A stretch of 64,000 nt of DNA from a virus, in IMG/VR virus record IMGVR_UViG_3300046170_000301; one strand, written 5' to 3'. The notes beneath the pieces are model-generated. The model was not told the DNA's origin. It did not search any database and saw nothing but the letters and a program-made list of their open reading frames with translations. The position numbers were made by a program, and so were the translations under genes. Positions within the stretch are counted from its first letter, which is position 1. The number at the start of each line of letters is the position of its first letter. This document shows positions 17,773 to 27,267 of the stretch, piece by piece.

Positions 17773-17798
17773 TATTGTTAATAATACTTTTGCTTTTT

Positions 17799-18020
17799 CT
17801 ATTTAGTATTATTAACATTTATCTCACGTAAATCAGTTACCCAGGCACGAAACATTTCTCCCTTTTCTGTAACGGCAATTACATAGTTAACACCAGGACG
17901 AATAATCTTTCCCTTTTGTTTTGTGTTAACATCTAAAACAACATCGCCTTCTTGAAATATTTCTTTTCTAATATATCTTTCTTTAGTTGCTTCCTTTCTG
18001 AATTGCCTGAAATCTTTCAT
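17799..18020 (-). CDS. Small SH3/KOW-like protein
   Basis: [26 protein letters not shown]; resembles the C-terminal domain of cyanophage cytidylyltransferase-like proteins (recall). Confidence 0.6.
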   Translation of the reverse strand: MKDFRQFRKEATKERYIRKEIFQEGDVVLDVNTKQKGKIIRPGVNYVIAVTEKGEMFRAWVTDLREINVNNTK

Positions 18021-18052
18021 TAACCTTATTTTAATATAAGGTATTTATTCAA

Positions 18053-18139
18053 CGGAGAGTAGGCGAATCGAACGCCTAAGGGCTTTAACACCTCGACGCT
18101 TTTCAAGAGCGTTTCCGTCGCCAATCGGATTGTCCCTCT
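18053..18139 (-). tRNA. tRNA-Ser(TGA), acceptor stem with two mismatches
   Basis: ACGCT-CTTGAAA-AGCGT arm, long variable arm, AGGCG-TTCGATT-CGCCT; 5' AGAGGGA vs 3' ACTCTCC. Confidence 0.8.
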
Positions 18140-18526
18140 TTATAATTTATCTCTATATGGTTCATATTTTTTACCAAGAGATAGAGTAGATTTAGATTGA
18201 ACTTCTGTAGTTGGAATAAAATATATATCTCCTAACTCAGTTACTACAAGTAAATAATCACAGGAATTATTATCAAATTTGTGAATTGTATTGCCAGAAC
18301 GATTAGCTCTAATAGACCTAAGTTGGACACAATAGTTAGAATTTTGCAAGGTCCTTGTAGATTTTACTTGAACTTTTTTTAAATTGCCATCAACTTCACA
18401 AACTAAATCATAACTTTGATTATCAACCAAAGGAACTGAAACATTATAACCTTTTTTAGTTAGAAAAGCAATAGCGTAAGATAATCCTACAGTTCCTTGA
18501 GATACTGGAGTGAGATTGGCGAACAT
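18140..18526 (-). CDS. PD-(D/E)XK homing endonuclease (I-Ssp6803I / PDDEXK_5-like), free-standing
   Basis: G..G...AI..L.K.GY.VS.P..DNQ.YDLV.E....KKVQVKS...DYL.V...Y.IP. Confidence 0.8.
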   Translation of the reverse strand: MFANLTPVSQGTVGLSYAIAFLTKKGYNVSVPLVDNQSYDLVCEVDGNLKKVQVKSTRTLQNSNYCVQLRSIRANRSGNTIHKFDNNSCDYLLVVTELGDIYFIPTTEVQSKSTLSLGKKYEPYRDKL

Positions 18527-18531
18527 ATAAT

Positions 18532-18563
18532 ACCTGTATATTATACAGTTTATTTATACAGGT
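18532..18563 (-). promoter_or_regulatory. Late promoter TATAAATA embedded in a hairpin that covers the endonuclease SD
   Basis: ACCTGTATA...TATACAGGT 9-bp stem; promoter 18558-18551; AGGT SD 5 nt before ATG 18526. Confidence 0.75.
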
Positions 18564-18589
18564 TCCGTCGCCAATCGGCTTGACTCTCC
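18558..18589 (-). pseudogene. Orphan 5' half of tRNA-Ser
   Basis: GGAGAGTCAAGCCGATTGGCGACGGAACCTGT, 23/27 identical to the 5' end of the downstream tRNA. Confidence 0.8.
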
Positions 18590-18615
18590 AAAAAATGGAG
18601 CAATGCTTCAACGTA

Positions 18616-18936
18616 TTATTTATTTTTTATGTCTTTAACTTGTTTAGAACTCCAAACAGCAAAAGCAATGACTGCAAAATAAAATAAATAATCGTCAATC
18701 ATTACTAGAAAAAAAAATAAAGAACCACCATAACGAATGTATTCTGGAACTGGAAGTTTTTTAAAAAACCAACGAATTTGTTTTTCAAATACAAAATACA
18801 ATAGTGCTAATGCTGTTACTACAAATTCACTATAAGGAACAACAAAATACAATGAGATAATTACAAAGATTGTGAAGTAATGTCTCTCTGGTATTTTTGA
18901 AATTAAAGAGACATACTTCTTAATTAATTTTTTCAA
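18616..18936 (-). CDS. Multi-pass membrane protein
   Basis: 106 aa, long hydrophobic stretches. Confidence 0.65.
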   Translation of the reverse strand: MKKLIKKYVSLISKIPERHYFTIFVIISLYFVVPYSEFVVTALALLYFVFEKQIRWFFKKLPVPEYIRYGGSLFFFLVMIDDYLFYFAVIAFAVWSSKQVKDIKNK

Positions 18937-19347
18937 TTAACGGTCATCCTTCGCACGATTCTCGGAATAGTATACATCAAAATCACCACCAGGATAGCGC
19001 TTCATAAGTTTTTTAACATTACCTTCAATGACTTCATCAAAAGAAACATTAAGAGCAACACACGCTTGAGCAACATACCACATCACATCACCAAGTTCAA
19101 TAATAAGGTGTTCCCGATTATCATCATTCCAAGGCTTACCCTGAAAAATCATTTTCTTGATAATCTCAAGAAACTCTCCACCTTCAGCATTGATACCAAC
19201 ACCAGCAGTAAGAAGACGTTCAATGTTAGCACCTTTACCGTCAAGTTCTACCATCCTATCAGACAGTGCTACGAAATCTTTAGAGGCATCACTAGTCACA
19301 GCATCAACGAACTCTTGATACCGTTCAAAATCTACATGTTCTGTCAT
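18937..19347 (-). CDS. mazG: MazG-type nucleotide pyrophosphohydrolase
   Basis: GINAEGGEFLEIIKK, ELGDVMWY, N..KL..RYP. Confidence 0.92.
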   Translation of the reverse strand: MTEHVDFERYQEFVDAVTSDASKDFVALSDRMVELDGKGANIERLLTAGVGINAEGGEFLEIIKKMIFQGKPWNDDNREHLIIELGDVMWYVAQACVALNVSFDEVIEGNVKKLMKRYPGGDFDVYYSENRAKDDR

Positions 19348-19349
19348 AG

Positions 19350-20744
19350 TTAGATAATAAATTGGGAAAATTTGTTTAATCGTTTTTGCCTTTCGGAAAC
19401 TTCCTCCAGGACTTCAAAGGTTTCTTCTGGTGCTTCTGTAACCAATTCAGCACCTTCCGAATCCTCTACATTATACAGCTTCATCTTTGCCCTGTCAATG
19501 CCCACAGTAAATCTCTTGTGGAAGATGGTATCGTTATATCGGTTCTTGAGCTGTTTGACCATGATACGACCAGACTGTTCAAGTTCCTCAGTAGCGATAA
19601 GAGCAAACATAAAGTCAGCAGTAGCGGGAAGACCAAAAGACTCAGAAGTGTCGGTAAGGTCAACGTCACTATTGCCAAAACCACTCCTAGTTGTTTGAGT
19701 TGCTGAAACAATAGGAATGTCGTTTTCAACAGCAAGACCTCTAAGTTCTTCAGCAATTGCTTTAACATAGCTGTAGGAGTTTACAACGTGACCTTTGTAT
19801 CTAGAAGAAGCACAGATGTTTAGATAATCAATAAAGATAATATCTGGTCTAAAATCTTTCTTCAAACTAAGGTCACTCAGCAATGCTTTAAAATGTTCAG
19901 CATGTGCTGCTGCCGTTGGATACTCTTTGATGATAAGTTTACCTTGAGTTTTCCTACCAATCTCTTTAACTCTTGAAGTAAAGATTGTTTCTGGAATTGA
20001 ATTAATATCTTTAATATTAACATTAAGAAGATTAGCATCAATCCTTTCAGCAATCTTTTCTTCCGACATCTCAAGTGTAATGTAAAGAACATTTTTTCCT
20101 TGAGATATACAAAAAGCAGCACAATGACACATGAAAAGAGATTTGCCAACACCAGTTCCAGCAAGAGCAACATTAAGAGTTTTGTTTGGCAAACCACCTT
20201 TAGTAATCAAATTAAACTTTTCCAAATCAAATGGAATCTTTGATTCTTCTTTGTGGTAATACTCGTAACGTTGTTCTACATTATCAACATAATCGTGACC
20301 TATGTATTCATCGAACGATACTGCCAGGGCCTCTTGTAATATCGAGGGGATAGCACCTCTCGATATTTTTTCATCGCCTTCTCCATCTGCGATTTTGATA
20401 GATTGGAGTAGGGCATTATAGATTGCTCTGTCTTTACACCACTTCTCTGTGCTGTTAACAAGCCAATCTTTGTCAATCCACTCTTCAGTGAACTCTTGGA
20501 TTTTCTTAGCGCCTTCTTTATATACGTCTTCAGTAAGGTCATTTCTTTCTTGTAAAGATAAAATCAAAACTTCCTTTGTTGGAAGTTTATCGTATTTTGT
20601 AGAGAAGTCCTGTATTTCTTCGTACAGGACTCGTTCGGTATAATCCTGAAAATATTCAGGTTTAAGAAAAGGAACTACCTTTCTATAATATTCCTCATTA
20701 CATAAAAGATTTCTAAGTATTGTTGTTTCAATCTTCTCCTTCAT
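19350..20744 (-). CDS. g41: Replicative DnaB-like helicase (gp41)
   Basis: [30 protein letters not shown]. Confidence 0.95.
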   Translation of the reverse strand: MKEKIETTILRNLLCNEEYYRKVVPFLKPEYFQDYTERVLYEEIQDFSTKYDKLPTKEVLILSLQERNDLTEDVYKEGAKKIQEFTEEWIDKDWLVNSTEKWCKDRAIYNALLQSIKIADGEGDEKISRGAIPSILQEALAVSFDEYIGHDYVDNVEQRYEYYHKEESKIPFDLEKFNLITKGGLPNKTLNVALAGTGVGKSLFMCHCAAFCISQGKNVLYITLEMSEEKIAERIDANLLNVNIKDINSIPETIFTSRVKEIGRKTQGKLIIKEYPTAAAHAEHFKALLSDLSLKKDFRPDIIFIDYLNICASSRYKGHVVNSYSYVKAIAEELRGLAVENDIPIVSATQTTRSGFGNSDVDLTDTSESFGLPATADFMFALIATEELEQSGRIMVKQLKNRYNDTIFHKRFTVGIDRAKMKLYNVEDSEGAELVTEAPEETFEVLEEVSERQKRLNKFSQFII

Positions 20745-21760
20745 CTACTGCTCCGTAAAGAAATTCTCTTTTTACTTGTTTTTCTAACTGATTCACAATA
20801 TCTTCAGTAAAATATTTTTCAGGATTTTTTAGGATTTCTTTGCCGTAAATCTTTTTACCATCAACTTCATACCTTCCCGCGGCGACTTTCCATATCTTAG
20901 CACGTTCTGCCAGTTCCAGCAACCCATAATACTTCTCAAGTCCACGGGTGTCGAAGAACAATCTGACTTCTGCTTTGGAACCTTCACGGGTCAAACGGGA
21001 CTTCTTCGCCTCACATTTAATAATGTTTCCGACCAAATCGGTTCCGTCCTTTTCTTTCTTTTTAGATAAGAAGATAATAGTGGAAGCAGAATACTTAAGA
21101 CCACTACCACCACCCATTTCTTTTGTAGGGTGATAAGCGCCGATGACATCATAGGTGTGGTTGGTAACAATCATAGGTATGTTAGCTTTACCAAGTTTCA
21201 ACGTCAAGATTCTGAAAACAGATTTAACAAGTTGAGCTTTAGTCATGTCACGAACGTTTTTATCATTAGAAGCATCTTCAACTTCTTTGTTCGTAGCAAG
21301 CATACCAAGGGAATCGAGAACAAACATAAGAGGTTTTCTTTCCTCTTTTGGTGTCTCCATATACTTATCTATAATACGAACTGATTGTGTTCTGAACTCT
21401 TCAATCGTAGCAACTGGAAAGATAATCATTCGTTTTGAATCAATGCCACGACTTTCAATCATCTTCTTACTGATGGCAGATTCAGTTTCAAAATAAATTA
21501 CTCCCCCCCTCTGGATTAGCATTGAGGAAGCTACGAACAACACTAAGACAGAAAAAAGTTTTACCAGTTCCAGATTCTCCAGCGAGAGCTGTGATTTTAT
21601 TGGATGGAATTCCACCATACAAACTACCACTAACGATAGCATTGAACATATAACTTCCAGTATCAACAAAAGATTCCACATCTCCAGCAGAAATGCCATC
21701 AGATACGAACGAGGCAAACTCATTTTTACTCTCTTTAATTACTTGTGATAGAAATTCCAT
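20728..21760 (-). CDS. uvsX: RecA-like recombinase UvsX (frameshift in a G7 run at about 21503-21509)
   Basis: [25 protein letters not shown]; removing one G restores the frame. Confidence 0.92.
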
Positions 21761-21765
21761 AGTTG

Positions 21766-24258
21766 TTATAAGAAACTTAATATTGATATTTTTTTCTCGA
21801 TATCCCATCCGATACATTCTAAGACATTTTTGAGTGGGCCATAAAATGACTTCTCAAACTGTGTCTTATAGTCCACATACTTATCGAGTTTGAATTCTTT
21901 TGGCAATGTGCCGAAGAATGAGATTACATTCTCTTGGAATGGATTAGGGGTTTTGAGGTAGATAAACTTAATTTTCTCTCCTTCTTGGATAAGAGCGTAC
22001 TTATGAGTAAGTCCAAGACCCCGAATGTAGTAATTATACAGTAATGCACCTCGGACATGAATAGGTGTGCCCTTCTGATAAATGTATGTATTACTTTTAT
22101 ACTTGTCGAGACAATTAACACCTCTGGGGAAAGAAATATCCAAGTAATCTTGGAGTTTAGTTTCTTCTCTAACTTTACCAATGTATTCAATCACATCTTC
22201 GTTTGTCTGATTGATAATAATTGTATAAGCTTCAAGAAGTTTGTTCTTAAAAAATGCTGGAGTAGATGACCTTGCCGTTTCCATACCACAGATTTTCATC
22301 TTTGGTTCGTGGTAACGAACTCCTTCGCTATCCCAGACATTCAATATATATCTCTTCTTGGCAGTCCAAATACCTTTTGAAGCAATATTCTCTCGCTTCA
22401 TTTTCATCTTTTGGTCATAAGCATTGACATAATCTGCCAGTTCTTGGTAGGACTTTTCAATATAGTTCTCGATTTCAGATGAACATATCTTGTCAAGAAA
22501 GTTAACAATTTTTTCTTCTGTTACATCTTTACCACCAAAAATTTTATCTACAAGAGGACCAAGATTGAGATACAATGAATCTGTATCGGAAGCAACAACA
22601 TAATCTGTATCACCAGTTTTAAGTATGTTATTAATATACTTATTCATCTTATTAGCAATCCATCGAATAGAAAGCTGACCAGATGTTGTAATTGCTTCAG
22701 CAATTTCTAACTTATAGTATCGAAAATGCTCATTGCCAATAGCACCATAAGCTGAGTTGAGTTGAATCTTTCTTGCCATCTGAATATTATTACAGCGAGC
22801 AATCTCTTTCTTCAACTCTGTTGTTGGGGTTTCTTCATACTGCTTCTTGGCAGCAATCATTTTCTTTTTGTATACCACACGTTCTTTATAGATTTTTTCC
22901 ATCAACTTAGGAAGAAATCCTTGCTTAGTGGTATCATAAAATGTTCCATTAGCACAAAGAGTTTGACCACGAAGGTCTGAAAGGTTTTCTTTTTTATTAA
23001 GAAGCCTCTCAATATTTGCTGATGGATGTTTGTGGTCAAGCAACGTCTCGGGTGAGAGATTGTATTGCATGATTAAATGTGGGTATAGGGAGTTCAAATC
23101 AAAAGATACTACCCAATTATACATACCAGGAATAGGTTCTTTTACATATGCTCCAGAATATTTGTTATCTTTACGACTTTCTTTCTTGGGTGGAATAGCG
23201 ATTTTTTGTTTTGCCAGATAGACGTAAATGATATTATCCCACATACGCACCTGAGAATAAACATCTTCATAGTTTACCTTAGCGTCGTATGCCATAGTGA
23301 TGGCAAGTTCAATAAGTTTCATCTTGTCATCTAACTGGTCAACCAATCGAACGTCGATAATATTATATTCTACAAATTTCTGCCAATCATTTGTATAGAA
23401 ATCTTTAAATGTATCATGCTCGCTATGGTCCAATTTCTGTGACCCAAGTTCAACAAAAGCAATATGATCCAAACGATATGATTCTTGATTTGTGTAAGTA
23501 AACTTACGATACAATTCAAGATAATCCAAGATGGCAATACCCATAATGTCATAAGCAATATTCTTACGACCTTTGATATAGATTTCTCTGCTGAGAATTT
23601 TCTTCCATGGAGATAGCATTTCTGCTTCTTTAGTTCCAATCACTCTTTCAATACGCCGAAAAATATAAGGCATATCGAATAGTTGAACGTTCCATCCAGT
23701 AATAACATCAGGGAAGTTTTCCATCCACCAGTGAATGAAAGCTTTGAGCATTCCAATCTCTGTGTTGAAGTGCATGTAATGAACATCATCATGTTTGTTA
23801 TCAAACGGACGAGTTCCAAAAACAGTGATAGTGTTCATGTAACTATCCTTGACGCTGATAAGAAGGATTTCCTGGTCGGCAGATTCGATATCAGGAAATC
23901 CATTCTCAGCACCAGTTTCAATATCAAGAGTAAAAATTCTGATTTTGTTTTTATCAAACTTGATTTCATCTTCAGGATACTCTTCAAAAATATACTGACT
24001 CGGATATCTGGTTTGACCACAGATTTCAAAATCTTCTAACTCTCCATGCTCTTCAACAGCTTTTTTGGCATCACGAATTGTTCCCTGTTTTACTGGACGA
24101 ACATATCTACCATCAAGTGTTTTCCAATCAGTTGATTTTGCCGAAGGCAAATACAGTGTAGGATTAAATTTAACTTTGTCTTTAAAAGGAAGACCATTTT
24201 CGTAACCACGAACAAGAACGTTTTTTCCAGATTGTTCAACACTTGTGTAAAACTTCAT
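21766..24258 (-). CDS. g43: Family B DNA polymerase (gp43)
   Basis: [32 protein letters not shown]. Confidence 0.97.
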   Translation of the reverse strand: MKFYTSVEQSGKNVLVRGYENGLPFKDKVKFNPTLYLPSAKSTDWKTLDGRYVRPVKQGTIRDAKKAVEEHGELEDFEICGQTRYPSQYIFEEYPEDEIKFDKNKIRIFTLDIETGAENGFPDIESADQEILLISVKDSYMNTITVFGTRPFDNKHDDVHYMHFNTEIGMLKAFIHWWMENFPDVITGWNVQLFDMPYIFRRIERVIGTKEAEMLSPWKKILSREIYIKGRKNIAYDIMGIAILDYLELYRKFTYTNQESYRLDHIAFVELGSQKLDHSEHDTFKDFYTNDWQKFVEYNIIDVRLVDQLDDKMKLIELAITMAYDAKVNYEDVYSQVRMWDNIIYVYLAKQKIAIPPKKESRKDNKYSGAYVKEPIPGMYNWVVSFDLNSLYPHLIMQYNLSPETLLDHKHPSANIERLLNKKENLSDLRGQTLCANGTFYDTTKQGFLPKLMEKIYKERVVYKKKMIAAKKQYEETPTTELKKEIARCNNIQMARKIQLNSAYGAIGNEHFRYYKLEIAEAITTSGQLSIRWIANKMNKYINNILKTGDTDYVVASDTDSLYLNLGPLVDKIFGGKDVTEEKIVNFLDKICSSEIENYIEKSYQELADYVNAYDQKMKMKRENIASKGIWTAKKRYILNVWDSEGVRYHEPKMKICGMETARSSTPAFFKNKLLEAYTIIINQTNEDVIEYIGKVREETKLQDYLDISFPRGVNCLDKYKSNTYIYQKGTPIHVRGALLYNYYIRGLGLTHKYALIQEGEKIKFIYLKTPNPFQENVISFFGTLPKEFKLDKYVDYKTQFEKSFYGPLKNVLECIGWDIEKKISILSFL

Positions 24259-24539
24259 TCGTCAATTTCAATAAATTCATCATCAGGTTCTTGCTCTTCA
24301 TTGATAAGTGTCGTGTATTGAGCAAGAATAAAAGTATTAGGTTCGGCAATAACACTAATGTTTGCTGACCTAACTATAAGTTCCTTATCAGAAGAGTGCT
24401 CTGGGAAAGGACCCATACAGGTCCCTTCAATCTCATGTGGATATTTTAGCACACAGTCTGGTTCTCCAAACTCGGCATCTGGGATTTCTTCAACGTCCGA
24501 AATTAACCAGTGCCCATCAAACTTAATCAGTTTTATCAT
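24255..24539 (-). CDS. Conserved hypothetical protein (Sm-like)
   Basis: GEPDCVLKYP motif; coupled to g43. Confidence 0.7.
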   Translation of the reverse strand: MIKLIKFDGHWLISDVEEIPDAEFGEPDCVLKYPHEIEGTCMGPFPEHSSDKELIVRSANISVIAEPNTFILAQYTTLINEEQEPDDEFIEIDE

Positions 24540-24916
24540 ACTACTTCTGGGTTAACTACTTTGTCAATTTCTTCTTGTTGTTGTTTGACATTTTCTGTTT
24601 CGTTTGCCTGCTTTACTTGCTCAACCTTTGCAACATATGCTTGATCAAGTCCAGCATCTGGAGTTCCAATAGCAACAAAAGAATCGTAGGGAATCCTAAA
24701 TTGAGAATCAATTGCATAAGGACACCAGCGACTGAACTTTACTTGAAGGTCTTGTTGTGGGTTATCCTGATTGTTTAGTTGAACAAGTTCCAAAACATAG
24801 GGGTGAATCATGACTAGACATACGCCTTTCTTGTCTTCACCTTCTCCATCATAAGCTTCTTTGAGTTCGCAAATAATCTGTTCTCCAGATTTTAGAATTA
24901 CAATAGACGAGTTCAT
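24536..24916 (-). CDS. Conserved hypothetical protein (Sm-like)
   Basis: Start reassigned to MNSSIVILKSGEQII with GGAGG SD. Confidence 0.75.
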   Translation of the reverse strand: MNSSIVILKSGEQIICELKEAYDGEGEDKKGVCLVMIHPYVLELVQLNNQDNPQQDLQVKFSRWCPYAIDSQFRIPYDSFVAIGTPDAGLDQAYVAKVEQVKQANETENVKQQQEEIDKVVNPEVV

Positions 24917-24947
24917 AAATCCTCCAATGGGTTTTTCTAGTATAGCA

Positions 24948-25010
24948 CAAAAAAGAAAAGGGGGCAAGTGCTGATTCTGACCAGCACTGCCCCAGCGGCG
25001 ACGATACAAT
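24948..25010 (-). ncRNA. Candidate late small RNA / long terminator hairpin
   Basis: ATAAATA box, leader ATCGTCGCCGC, stem GGGGCAGTGCTGG/TCAGCACTTGCCCC, T-tract. Confidence 0.5.
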
Positions 25011-25018
25011 TATATTTA

Positions 25019-25450
25019 TTATTCAGTCAGAAGCATAGATGATGTAATTTCATATAGTTTTTTACGTTGATGTTCTGGAATTACCTTATCCAGTTTAATA
25101 GTTAAAAGTCCATCCTCAAAGTTTATAGAGGATACTCTAAGCTCTTCTCCCAGTTGGAAGGTGCGGGAGAAAGACCGCTTGGATAATCCTTGATGGATGT
25201 AGCTTCTTTCAGTATTTGGTTTCGTAATTTTGCTGGTAACTGAGAGAACGTTTTGTTCTGTAGATACTTCAATCTCATCCTTTTTAAATCCTGCCAAAGC
25301 AATTTCAATTGTGTAGTTACCATCTTTATCTTTAAATGTATTGTAAGGTGGATAATTGACGTTGTGTCCAGTCATAGAATCCAACCTGTTGAATACATCA
25401 TCAAGACCAAGAGCAAATGGTTCATATGATTTGAAAGTGGTTGTCCACAT
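25019..25450 (-). CDS. hsp20: Small heat-shock protein Hsp20
   Basis: NYPPYN, IEIALAGF, H.G.S.RSF.R.F, DGLL.I. Confidence 0.93.
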   Translation of the reverse strand: MWTTTFKSYEPFALGLDDVFNRLDSMTGHNVNYPPYNTFKDKDGNYTIEIALAGFKKDEIEVSTEQNVLSVTSKITKPNTERSYIHQGLSKRSFSRTFQLGEELRVSSINFEDGLLTIKLDKVIPEHQRKKLYEITSSMLLTE

Positions 25451-25552
25451 AATTTTTTTCCTTTTAAAGCGAGTGTATTGTATGAACCCCGAAGGCATTC
25501 ATACAATAATTATAACACTTTTAAGAAAAAACGGGAGTGTGGACTCCCGTAA

Positions 25553-25681
25553 TCATTGTTCGGTCATTAACACAGTGTATCCTTGATTACGATACCAGTC
25601 GAGATGTTTTTTGCCCCAGAGTATTTCTTTCCAGACAGTCTCTTTCTGTGGTGTTAAAAATTGAACTTTAATTTTTTTCAT
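25553..25681 (-). CDS. Small hypothetical protein (42 aa)
   Basis: MKKIKVQFLTPQKETVWKEILWGKKHLDWYRNQGYTVLMTEQ; ATGA overlap with regA; followed by terminator 25526-25550. Confidence 0.6.
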   Translation of the reverse strand: MKKIKVQFLTPQKETVWKEILWGKKHLDWYRNQGYTVLMTEQ

Positions 25682-26103
25682 GCCTCAGTTTTTTTTCTTC
25701 CAATGTTATATTTACTTTCAAGATTCCACTCATCTTTTTCTTTGAAAGAAAGAACCTTGATTTGATTTAAAGGAGCAACATCTTCAATCTTTTCTTCATC
25801 CACAACTGTGATGAGACCCCAGTCATAAAGAAGTCGAGTGATTCTATTTCTTCTTTGAACATCATTGAGGGAAAGATTGGTTCTCTTACCATCAAGAGCA
25901 AATAGTTCTTTGAAATGAACAATGTAATATCTACCTTGTTTATGAAGAATGTGACAAGATTGATAAAGCTTTCGTTCCTTTCGTGATGCCACACCAATTC
26001 TTGTTAGAGTCTCACGAACTTTTAAAAAATCATCAGGTTGAGTTAAAGAAACTTCAACCATATCAGAAGGTTGCCAATTAATTTCAGGGTTTTCCATTGT
26101 CAT
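25678..26103 (-). CDS. regA: Translational repressor RegA
   Basis: DFLKVRETLTRIG, LYQSCHILHKQG, HFKEL. Confidence 0.96.
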   Translation of the reverse strand: MTMENPEINWQPSDMVEVSLTQPDDFLKVRETLTRIGVASRKERKLYQSCHILHKQGRYYIVHFKELFALDGKRTNLSLNDVQRRNRITRLLYDWGLITVVDEEKIEDVAPLNQIKVLSFKEKDEWNLESKYNIGRKKTEA

Positions 26104-26489
26104 TTGTTATGTCCACCTTTATTTAACATTTTTTTTATATTTTCCAAATCACCATTCGTAAGGATTCTCAAGGCGGCTACAGCTTTATTGTGGTTGAAAC
26201 CATAATATTCTTTTACCAACTCAAGATTCTCAAGGGATTGTTTTTTTATCCAAGGAGAAAATCTCTTTCTCGGAGTCAAATTATTTATATAAAAATCATA
26301 TTGCATTTTCTTGTCAAGGTGCCCATTTTTATTCATCTCATTGGCATACAGAATAGTGTCAATAAAAGATGAGAAACACTTATTAACAATAAAAGGTGGA
26401 TATGCTTTAGTTGCTTCAGCATCACCATCCAAAAGATTTTTCTTTGATTGGTTAATGCTGAAAAGATAATCTTTCAGTTCTGGTTTCAT
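26100..26489 (-). CDS. g62: Clamp loader small subunit (gp62)
   Basis: YPPFIVN..ANEMN..QYDF..RKRF; synteny. Confidence 0.92.
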   Translation of the reverse strand: MKPELKDYLFSINQSKKNLLDGDAEATKAYPPFIVNKCFSSFIDTILYANEMNKNGHLDKKMQYDFYINNLTPRKRFSPWIKKQSLENLELVKEYYGFNHNKAVAALRILTNGDLENIKKMLNKGGHNK

Positions 26490-26689
26490 AATGTTTTGAT
26501 TGGTCCTACAATTCCTTTTCCTGATTGATTGAGACGATATATTTCAGTTCTACCATTTTTAGTGGTAACAATAATCTCATCTCCTTGAAGCATAGCAGTT
26601 TCTACATTGTTCCCAAAAGTTTGAATAACTCCTTGAGACGCTGTAAATAATTGTGCTTTGCCATTCTTGGCACGAACAAATGTTCCCAT
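26486..26689 (-). CDS. Hypothetical protein
   Basis: 67-aa ORF coupled to g62. Confidence 0.65.
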   Translation of the reverse strand: MGTFVRAKNGKAQLFTASQGVIQTFGNNVETAMLQGDEIIVTTKNGRTEIYRLNQSGKGIVGPIKTL

Positions 26690-26713
26690 TTTGGTAGTCT
26701 AATAGTTTCTTAG

Positions 26714-26878
26714 TTATCTATAATCAGCTGGATGATATTTTAAATATTCAAGAAATGTCATTTTTATTTCTTTATTTGTCATACCACAATGCTCAGCTGC
26801 TTTTGGTAGATTCATTGTAGCACGAAACAAACCTTCGTTTGCTTCCTTGACATTTTCTGGTGTTGTTTTTTTCTTCAT
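26714..26878 (-). CDS. Small putative HTH protein (54 aa)
   Basis: MKKKTTPENVKEANEGLFRATMNLPKAAEHCGMTNKEIKMTF...; ATGA overlap. Confidence 0.65.
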   Translation of the reverse strand: MKKKTTPENVKEANEGLFRATMNLPKAAEHCGMTNKEIKMTFLEYLKYHPADYR

Positions 26879-27267
26879 AGATATCTAACTTCATCAATGT
26901 ATCCAGCAGTTATTCCCGAGTTAATCATTGCTTCCGAATAACTTCCTAGTTTTGGTGGGACAGAAAAGTAAATAACATAATAAGAATCTGGTTGAAGATA
27001 TTTAAGAAGTGCTCCATTGCACAAAGCTTTTTTTACATTATCAGTTCTTTCTGCTCCTGGTCGCTTTTTATTTCCCGGCTTACCACCTTTTGCTTCGATA
27101 TATTCTATTCTATATGGATAGTCTGCTATAAAATCAAGCTCAATACCAAGTTTTTTTATGCAATAATCTTTTCCAATTATAATACCATTTTTACTTTTAA
27201 CATCAAGTTCTACTAAGTTTTCAAACTCATCTCCAGATTTTTTACTTTCAGATTGAAAATTAATCAT
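26875..27267 (-). CDS. PD-(D/E)XK-family nuclease
   Basis: SGDEFE...ELDFIA...YIEAKGG. Confidence 0.7.
   Translation of the reverse strand: MINFQSESKKSGDEFENLVELDVKSKNGIIIGKDYCIKKLGIELDFIADYPYRIEYIEAKGGKPGNKKRPGAERTDNVKKALCNGALLKYLQPDSYYVIYFSVPPKLGSYSEAMINSGITAGYIDEVRYL

Larger units (their letters stand above)
18113..18578. mobile_element. Homing endonuclease cassette bounded by 16-bp direct repeats of tRNA D-arm sequence
   Basis: ttccgtcgccaatcgg at 18113-18128 and 18563-18578, 450 bp apart. Confidence 0.75.

Noticed and set aside
18113-18578. Group I intron in tRNA-Ser
   Set aside because: The ORF occupies nearly the whole insert, leaving no room for a catalytic core.
21495-21515. G7 run splitting uvsX, as phase variation or a programmed frameshift
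   Set aside because: A single extra G in a homopolymer with no evident stimulatory elements, and the window has many similar indel errors.
24996-25004. Complementarity of the sRNA leader (CGTCGCC) to the tRNA-Ser D-arm (GGCGACG)
   Set aside because: Only 7 nt, which is compatible with chance.
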